From: an uncultured Verrucomicrobiae bacterium
Lineage (GTDB): Bacteria > Verrucomicrobiota > Verrucomicrobiia > Chthoniobacterales > UBA10450
Direction of reading: 5' to 3'
Assembly (NCBI GenBank): GCA_963756875.1
Contig: CAVWPA010000003.1
Span: 1,056,001-1,120,000, forward strand
DNA: 64,000 bases
Part shown: one piece after another, positions 57,611-64,000 of the stretch
Numbering within the stretch: the stretch's first letter is position 1
How the letters are laid out: each line of letters opens with the position of its first letter
Position numbers and translations under genes: made by a program
The notes under the pieces: model-generated
The model's database searches: none
What the model saw: the letters and a program-made list of their open reading frames with translations, nothing else
Told to the model about the DNA's origin: nothing

Positions 57611-59410
57611 ATGAATCTTAAGAATGTTTTTGGCGAACTAAAGCGGCGCAATGTTTACAAGGTGGCGGTCGCGTATGCCGTGGTTGGCTGGCTCTTGGTC
57701 CAAGTCGCAACCCAGGTCTTTCCGTTTTTTGAAGTTCCGAATTGGGCGGTGCGACTGGTCGTCCTTCTCATCATTGTTGGATTTCCAATTGCGCTTGTGA
57801 TTGCGTGGGCTTTCGAGCTCACGCCGGAAGGAATTAAGCGCACGGAAGATGTCGATCTTACAGCCTCGGCGCGACAACCACGAAAGCATGCCTGGATTCA
57901 TGTCGTGATCGTTGGAGCTGCGCTCTCAGTTGGTTTGTTTTTCATTGGACGCTACACGGCTCGGAACAATGACGGTTCGTCTTCCACCGAGTTGTCAGCG
58001 AAATCGATCGCGGTGCTGCCGTTCGATAATCTGAGTCGGGACCCCGACAATGCCTTTTTCGCCGAGGGCGTACAGGACGAAATCCTGACTCGCTTGGCCA
58101 AGGTCGCGGACTTGAAAGTTATTGCGCGGACATCGACACAACGATTCAAGAGCGCGCCTACCGATTTGTCCGAGATCGCAAGGCAACTCGGCGTCGCGAA
58201 TATTTTGGAAGGAAGCGTGCAGAAATCAGGCGACCAGGTGCGCGTCAACGTCCAGCTCATTAACGCGATGACCAATGCGCATCTCTGGGCAGAAATCTAC
58301 GATCGCAAGTTGAGCGATATTTTTGCGGTGCAAAGCGATATCGCCAAAACGGTGGCCGACACGTTGCAGGCGAAGCTTACCGGCTCAGAGAAGCAAATGA
58401 TGGCTACGCAAGAGACGACCGACACGACCGCGTATGAGCTTTATCACAAAGGCCGGTCGTTTTGGGACAAGCGGTCGGGCGACAACATTCCGAGAGCGAT
58501 CGCGTTCTATGAACAGGCGATCGCGCGCGATCCGAACTACGCGCTGGCTTACGCCGGTCTGGCTAGCGCCCATATTCTGTCCTCCTTTTACACGGACGCG
58601 GACCGGCGTGAGTCGAATTCGAAGGCGAAAGAGGCAGCCCTCAAAGCTCTTTCGCTCGATCCCAATCTCGCGGAGGCGCATTCTGCGCTCGGGAAAATTC
58701 TCTTCTGGGCTGAACTCGATATCGCCGGAGCGATGCGCGAATATGAACGGGCGATCGAGCTCAAGCCCAACGACGCGTTCGCGCATCATTGGTTGGGCAA
58801 CGACGCCCTGGCCAGCCTCGGACGGTTCGAGGAAGCCATTGCCGAGAGCAAGCGCGCGGTCGCGTTGGATCCGCTCTCGCCCATTATTAACACGGACTTG
58901 GGGGTGACCTTTTTATACGCCCGTCGCTACGACGAAGCCGCTGCGCATTTACGGAAGACGCTCGCGATCGACCCGACCTTTTTCTACGCGCACTTTAATC
59001 TCGGCATTGCCCTTCAAGTGAAGGGCGACCTGTCTGGCGCGATCGCGGAATACGAAAAAGCAAAGCAATTAGCCGGCGACAACTTGTTAGTTTTGGCGGC
59101 GTGCGCTGCTGCCAAAGCTCAGGCTGGTGACAAGGATGCCGCGCGGCGAATGCTCAGCGAGCTCGATGAGATAAGTAAGAACCGCGAGGTGGTTGGTTAC
59201 TTCCGCGCTTTGCTTTATCTCAGCCTGAACAATAAAGATGAAGCACTCCGCTGGCTCGAACAGGGCTACGAAGAACGCGACGGCTCCAACATTTGCTGGA
59301 TCAAGGTTGATCCCCTCCTCGATTCATTGCACGGCGATCCGCGTTTCGAGGCGCTCGCCAACAAAATTGTTCCAGCCGCGAAATTCAAATCAGCGACCAC
59401 TTCAAAATGA
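57611..59410 (+). CDS. Membrane-anchored TolB-N-like/TPR protein (adenylate-cyclase-associated TPR family, no cyclase domain)
   Basis: ELKRRNVYKVA plus 3 TMs, KSIAVLPFDNLS, LEGSVQ, multiple TPRs, DP.LD.L..DPRF C-terminus. Confidence 0.85.
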   Translation: MNLKNVFGELKRRNVYKVAVAYAVVGWLLVQVATQVFPFFEVPNWAVRLVVLLIIVGFPIALVIAWAFELTPEGIKRTEDVDLTASARQPRKHAWIHVVIVGAALSVGLFFIGRYTARNNDGSSSTELSAKSIAVLPFDNLSRDPDNAFFAEGVQDEILTRLAKVADLKVIARTSTQRFKSAPTDLSEIARQLGVANILEGSVQKSGDQVRVNVQLINAMTNAHLWAEIYDRKLSDIFAVQSDIAKTVADTLQAKLTGSEKQMMATQETTDTTAYELYHKGRSFWDKRSGDNIPRAIAFYEQAIARDPNYALAYAGLASAHILSSFYTDADRRESNSKAKEAALKALSLDPNLAEAHSALGKILFWAELDIAGAMREYERAIELKPNDAFAHHWLGNDALASLGRFEEAIAESKRAVALDPLSPIINTDLGVTFLYARRYDEAAAHLRKTLAIDPTFFYAHFNLGIALQVKGDLSGAIAEYEKAKQLAGDNLLVLAACAAAKAQAGDKDAARRMLSELDEISKNREVVGYFRALLYLSLNNKDEALRWLEQGYEERDGSNICWIKVDPLLDSLHGDPRFEALANKIVPAAKFKSATTSK

Positions 59411-59517
59411 AGATCGAAAACTTCTTCGCCGAGCTGAAACGGCGCAACGTTTATAAAGGAGCACTCGCCGTGAACCTATTGAGAAACTCAAGAGGCGCGT
59501 CCCTCGCTGCTCTTTAG
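59407..59517 (+). pseudogene. Truncated N-terminus of a second TolB-N/TPR paralog
   Basis: ATGA-overlapped MKIENFFAELKRRNVYK matches the start of 57611 (MNLKNVFGELKRRNVYK), then diverges and stops after 36 aa. Confidence 0.7.
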
Positions 59518-59667
59518 GTACAGCTTTCCACGGCCCAAAGGAAAAGCATTAGAATAGCGCACATCCAAAGCATGTTCATTACGCCAGAAGCGATCCCAAA
59601 ACCGAAGTGCGCAATCGATCCAGCCGACAAACAACGCTACCGCGACCAAAAGCAGGAGCCATTTCAT
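59488..59667 (-). CDS. Possible small membrane protein (59 aa)
   Basis: MKWLLLLVAVALFVGWID hydrophobic N-terminus preceded by GGAG; no other support. Confidence 0.25.
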   Translation of the reverse strand: MKWLLLLVAVALFVGWIDCALRFWDRFWRNEHALDVRYSNAFPLGRGKLYLKSSEGRAS

Positions 59668-60033
59668 CTCCACTGAATATCGCGCGACGATAACACTTTG
59701 GGATTTAACTCGTTTCGGCAATTCAGCATGTCCAAACTCGGAACATCCACATTCGTGCATTTTGCGTGAATTGGCGGAAGTCTGACTTTTGATCTGTGAA
59801 TCAGTGGAATATGTGGCTGACTCGCAGCAAAGTCGTGACGGCGAGGGCGCCGTAACCAGCACGCGAGGCGCGTGCGCTCCCCAGATCAAGACTTCGCATG
59901 CGCTGCCTCCACCTGCGGATCGTGGGCAGACGCCTTCTCGTTCGGTGTAACGATCAACGAATCTAACGGAGCAACCGAGCCTTTGCTCAAGGCTACGACT
60001 TGGACAGGCGCGGCGTCGAGCGTTCAGCACATC

Positions 60034-60600
60034 CTACGCTTTGTCGTAAACGGCCTTGGATTTGAACTTCTTCCCGTTCGCATCCGTGCCATTGATCGTG
60101 ATCGTCCGCGATTTGCCGTCTTTGGCGACAGTGATCCGGCCCGACCAGACCAACTTCCTATTCTTCCAGGTCGAGATATCGTTGGTCCGATCGTTGACGA
60201 TTTTGTAAGCGGCGTGGTCCCAGCCCACATTTCCTTTCGTCGGATAGGCTTTTCCATCCCATTTGCCGACCCAGACGCTGTGCGTCGGTTTCCCATCCTT
60301 GTCGACGCCATCCACTGTTATCTTAATCTTGTCCCCCTTCTGCGCGTAAACGACGGTTGTATTCTTGCCCATCCCCGGGTTGAGCTTTGACTTTGCCTCG
60401 TTAAGTTTCCACGTGCCGATTTGAGGGCTCATCGCTGTTACCGTCTTGGCGGCGGCTTCTTTTTTCGGCGCCATTGCCTTTGCCGTTTTTGCGGGTGCTG
60501 GGCTTGCCGCCGGCTTGGTCGTTTTCGTTTGACCGAAACAAACTGCTGCAGCCATAACCGACAGAGCCACCGCCACTACTGTAATTCGAAAGTTCTTCAT
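60034..60600 (-). CDS. Secreted lipocalin-like beta-barrel hypothetical protein
   Basis: Signal peptide, Ala/Lys/Pro linker, GTWKLN..KS, DGK.YP, DGKSRT, AVYDK. Confidence 0.7.
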   Translation of the reverse strand: MKNFRITVVAVALSVMAAAVCFGQTKTTKPAASPAPAKTAKAMAPKKEAAAKTVTAMSPQIGTWKLNEAKSKLNPGMGKNTTVVYAQKGDKIKITVDGVDKDGKPTHSVWVGKWDGKAYPTKGNVGWDHAAYKIVNDRTNDISTWKNRKLVWSGRITVAKDGKSRTITINGTDANGKKFKSKAVYDKA

Positions 60601-60746
60601 GCGACGATTGGCTCAGAACCGTCGTTAGACGTCAATAACAATCACCTAAACAGCGGATTACGCGGATTAACACGGATTGACGTTCAATCGAGCATCTGGA
60701 ATCTAGTTATCGAATCCTAAGTCCCGCGAGTGCGGTCGATGATGTC

Positions 60747-61222
60747 ATGAAAACAGAGAGCACTGGTAATCACTCTTACGCTGGGTTTTGCAACGGCAGC
60801 GGTCTGCCTGGCCGGGGACCCAAAGATCGAACAAGCTCTCCGGAAACTCGACGCCCAATGGTCGAAGGCGGCCGGCAACTAAGGATGTCGATAAAACTGT
60901 CTCCTATTATTCCGACGACGCCATCGTGTTGCCGCCAAATACAAAGGCCGCGACAACGAAAGCAGCGATCCGCGCGCAGTGGAAAGGGGACCTCGATAGC
61001 ATGATCAAAGGAAGCTGGAAATCGACCCGGGTGGAAGTGGCCAAGTCCGGCGATATGGCTTACGTGAGCGGCACTTACGACTGGACCTCCAAGGATCCGA
61101 GCGGCAAAACGGTCAAGGACCACGGCAAATATCTCGAGGTTTTCGAAAAACAGGCCGACGGCAGCTGGAAATGCGGAGCCGATTGCTGGAATTCCGATCT
61201 GCCCGCGACGCCACAGAAGTGA
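60747..61222 (+). CDS. Secreted NTF2-like (DUF4440/YybH) protein with two apparent frameshifts
   Basis: Removing one base near 60756 and one near 60875 gives MKTRALVITLTLGFATAAVCLAGDPKIEQALRKLDAQWSKAAATKDVD...SGDMAY...GKYLEVFEKQADGSWK. Confidence 0.75.
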
Positions 61223-61232
61223 TATGTGATCA

Positions 61233-61643
61233 GTGACGAGTGACAAGCAGCTAATCGATTTCGCAACACGCTACGCCACGGCGTGGTGCAGTCAGAATCC
61301 TGAAAGCGTCGCAGCGTTCTTTGCCGAGAACGGTTCGCTGGGCGTGAACGAGAGCCCGCCCGCTGTGGGGCGCGCGGCAATTGCTGATGCGGCACGCAGC
61401 TTCATGACAACATTTCCGGACATGATCGTGACCATGGACGAGGTCGCGCACGACGATGAGGGCACAAAGTTCCATTGGACGTTAACGGGAACCAACACCG
61501 GCCCGGGTGGTACGGACAAACGCGTTCGAATCAGCGGTTGCGAACTCTGGCAATTTAATGACGACGGACTCATCGAGAACTCAAAAGGCCGTTTCGACAC
61601 TGCGGAGTACGAACGCCAGCTAAAAGGAACAGGCGAATTGTAG
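61233..61643 (+). CDS. SnoaL-like (NTF2-fold) ester cyclase family protein
   Basis: YATAW, FPD, WTLTGTNTGPGGT.KRVRISG.E. Confidence 0.85.
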   Translation: MTSDKQLIDFATRYATAWCSQNPESVAAFFAENGSLGVNESPPAVGRAAIADAARSFMTTFPDMIVTMDEVAHDDEGTKFHWTLTGTNTGPGGTDKRVRISGCELWQFNDDGLIENSKGRFDTAEYERQLKGTGEL

Positions 61644-61749
61644 GGCAACCGCATCGGTTGCCGTTTTTTGGCTGTAGGCGCAGGCGCATCGCCTGCCATT
61701 TGTTTTCAATTCAGCAAGCGGTGCGCTTGCCCTACAACGGGGAATCATG

Positions 61750-61858
61750 CGTAAGGGCACGGACCTTCTACAAACAACTTCTCGATGTTGCCAAAGGCGA
61801 AACCCGCCAGGAAGTCGTAACAGAGGCGAAAAACTATCTCGCTCAGCGGGCAGATTGA
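61750..61858 (+). pseudogene. Probable C-terminal fragment of a TPR protein
   Basis: RARTFYKQLLDVAKGETRQEVVTEAKNYLAQRAD* is helical and protein-like but has no credible start; it is preceded by a REP element. Confidence 0.4.
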
Positions 61859-61879
61859 TCAACTCGCACATTCGATCCT

Positions 61880-62803
61880 TCAGAATCCGACGAAAAGGGA
61901 GGCCATGCGCTGTCGAGTTTTGGCGTCGGGGAGCCGGCCAACTCCGGCCGCCATGTTATCTTCGAGGTGTTGGGGATTATTTGTGGCAGGGATCACACAA
62001 GTGACTGCTGGGTGAGCCACGATCCATTTCAACAAGAATTGAGCCCAGGAGTGACAATCGAATTCGGCAGCCCAAGCCGGCAGCGGCTTGGAGGAGAGTG
62101 CCTTTAGTACGCCGCCACCGCCAAACGGACGGTTAACAATGACTCCCATGTGAAGTTCCTGGGCCAGAGGCAAGATACGCTGAGCCGCATCCCGATCGAC
62201 CAATGAATAATTAATCTGGACGAAATCCGGCTTCTGCGCCTTCATCATCCCTTCTACCAGGCTGTGGCCGCGATCCTCGGAATGAGTGATTCCGGTATAG
62301 CGAATCCTCCCATTCGACTTCCATTCACGCAGTGTGCGCATCTGGGTTTCGACGTCGGCCAGGTTATGCACCTGCATCAGGTCAATCGTTTTGGTTCGAA
62401 AACGATCCAGGGATTGTTCCATCTGGGCAATTCCCTTTTGCTTACCGATAGTCCAGACCTTTGTTGCGATGAAAAGTGAATTGCGCAAGTGAGCTTTACC
62501 CGCGAGATCGCCAATCACGCTCTCGGCATTGCCATACATCGGGGAGGAATCGATTAATTTGCCGCCGCGTTTTGCAAAAAGCTCTAGCACCTGACCGAGC
62601 GTTCCAAGTTCGGGGGACCCGAACCGGACATCGAATGTGTTGGCGCTTCCGAGCCCGATAACTGGAATCTTTTCGCCTGTGGATGGGACCGGACGAGTCA
62701 ACATGGACCGACCGGCCGCGAAGGTGCGCGATGTTCCAAACGGAAGAAACGCGCCGGCAAAACCGGCACCGATTAACTTTGCTGCTCGCCGGCGTGAAAG
62801 CAT
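61880..62803 (-). CDS. Aldo/keto reductase with twin-arginine-like leader
   Basis: IGLG, IDSSPMYG, FIATK, IDLMQVHN, QINYS, IPAT; N-terminal SRRRAAKL. Confidence 0.9.
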   Translation of the reverse strand: MLSRRRAAKLIGAGFAGAFLPFGTSRTFAAGRSMLTRPVPSTGEKIPVIGLGSANTFDVRFGSPELGTLGQVLELFAKRGGKLIDSSPMYGNAESVIGDLAGKAHLRNSLFIATKVWTIGKQKGIAQMEQSLDRFRTKTIDLMQVHNLADVETQMRTLREWKSNGRIRYTGITHSEDRGHSLVEGMMKAQKPDFVQINYSLVDRDAAQRILPLAQELHMGVIVNRPFGGGGVLKALSSKPLPAWAAEFDCHSWAQFLLKWIVAHPAVTCVIPATNNPQHLEDNMAAGVGRLPDAKTRQRMASLFVGF

Positions 62804-62883
62804 TGTTTGAAATTGGAACTCCAAAGCTGCCCGCAATATTTATTGATCAGGCTTTGCGGTCAACACCGCGCTCGTCTTAATTT

Positions 62884-64000
62884 TCAAGAACTCGCGTAAT
62901 TGGCAATGGCCTTGGCCACTTCTAACGTCGAATTTTTGCCGCCCATGTCGTAGGTGCGGACTTTGCCTTCGGCGATGACGCGGGCAATCGCGGTTTCCAG
63001 CCGCGTCGCCAATTCGGTTTCCTTGAGCCAATCGAGCATGAGCTTGGAAGTCAGGAGCATGGCAATCGGATTCACCTTGTACTGACCAGCGTATTTCGGC
63101 GCCGAGCCGTGGGTCGGCTCGAACACGGCGTAGTTGTCGCCGAGGTTTGCGCTGGGCGCGAAGCCCAGTCCGCCGACCAGGCCGGCGCATAGAGTCGCTC
63201 ACGATGTCGCCGAACATGTTTTCCGCGACGAGCACGGAATAATCCTGCGGGTTTTTAAACATCCACATGCAAATGGCGTCGATGTTCGCTTCGTCGGCCC
63301 GGATGTCCGGATAATTTTTGGCCACGTCGTTGAAACAACGCATCATCAACCCGCCTGTTTCGCGGAGCACGTTTGGTTTCTCGATCAGCGTGACGCGTTT
63401 GCGCCCGGTTTTCTTGGCGAACTCGAAGGCTTGTTTGCAGATGTTGGTGCAACCCTGTTTGCTCATGATGCGGGTCGAGAGCGCGATGTTCTCCAGGCCC
63501 GCTTTGTCTTTCCACTTTTTCATCTTCGGGTTTGCGCAAAGCGCCGTGTAAACCGGTTCAGGCAACGGGAAAAACTCGACGCCGCCGTACATGCCTTCGG
63601 TGTTTTCCCGGAACACGACCTGATCGATCGGGACGTCTTCGCCGCTCGGGTTCGTGATCTTTGTGCCGCGATAATTCAGCGGATTGCCGGGATAACTTTT
63701 GCACGGCCGCATGTTCGTGTGGAGGTTGAACATCTGGCGGAGGCCCACGATGGGAGAGAAATAAACCAGGCCCTTGCCCTGAAGTTCCGGAGCCAGTTCC
63801 TGTTTGGCTTTGTCCTGCGGTTTGCTGGTGATCGCGCCGAACAGGCCGCAAGTCGTTTCCTTCAGGTACTTTTACGGTGCGATCGGGAAGCGCGTTGCCT
63901 TCCTTGCACCAAAATTCCCAGCCGATGTCGCACGGCACATATTCGGCATCGAGTTTTAGACGATCCAAAACGAGGCGCGCAGCCTCCATGACATCGTGAC
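62884..64000 (-). CDS. Isocitrate/isopropylmalate dehydrogenase family protein (homoisocitrate dehydrogenase-like); 5' truncated, two +1 frameshifts (~63866, ~63195)
   Basis: [16 protein letters not shown]...[25 protein letters not shown](L)[18 protein letters not shown] across three frames. Confidence 0.85.

Noticed and set aside
59668..60030. N-terminal part of the 180-aa ORF 59488-60030
   Set aside because: It translates through a REP half-element (IWGAHAPRVLVTAPSPSR) and has no protein-like features.

Overview
A 64-kb, gene-dense, GC-rich bacterial window. Gene content (PEP-CTERM protein, DUF6268-type barrels, TolB-N/TPR protein, many GTAG-type palindromic repeats) suggests a soil Verrucomicrobiota genome (Chthoniobacterales, Ca. 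Udaeobacter-like); this is inference. Much of it is housekeeping: miaA, hflX, nth, acpP, rpmB, fabB, FadJ-like plus acyl-CoA dehydrogenase, mgtE, PiT/DUF47, MscS, lat plus aldehyde dehydrogenase. The most striking locus is 5.5-13.5 kb: an outer-membrane beta-barrel translationally coupled to a ~1316-aa protein with 10 CxxCH heme motifs and a C-terminal LVIVD-repeat region, divergent from a secreted tandem GlcG/HbpS heme-binding protein. Downstream on the same strand lie a flavodoxin-less CysJ-like reductase, a four-EF-hand protein and a ketosynthase with altered catalytic histidines. Other candidate systems are (i) two FemABX-like GNATs, an ArnE/F-like SMR pair and an arginase-like protein, (ii) a lipid-trafficking module (two barrels, ABC-2, SCP2, HpnL-like), and (iii) an aminoadipate-related set (lat, ALDH7, PrpD-like, homoisocitrate dehydrogenase-like). 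Several intergenic repeat families also sit in-frame inside proteins. Four genes carry frameshifts that are best explained as sequencing errors. No rRNA, tRNA, CRISPR array or transposase was recognised. All family assignments come from motif recognition, not database searches.
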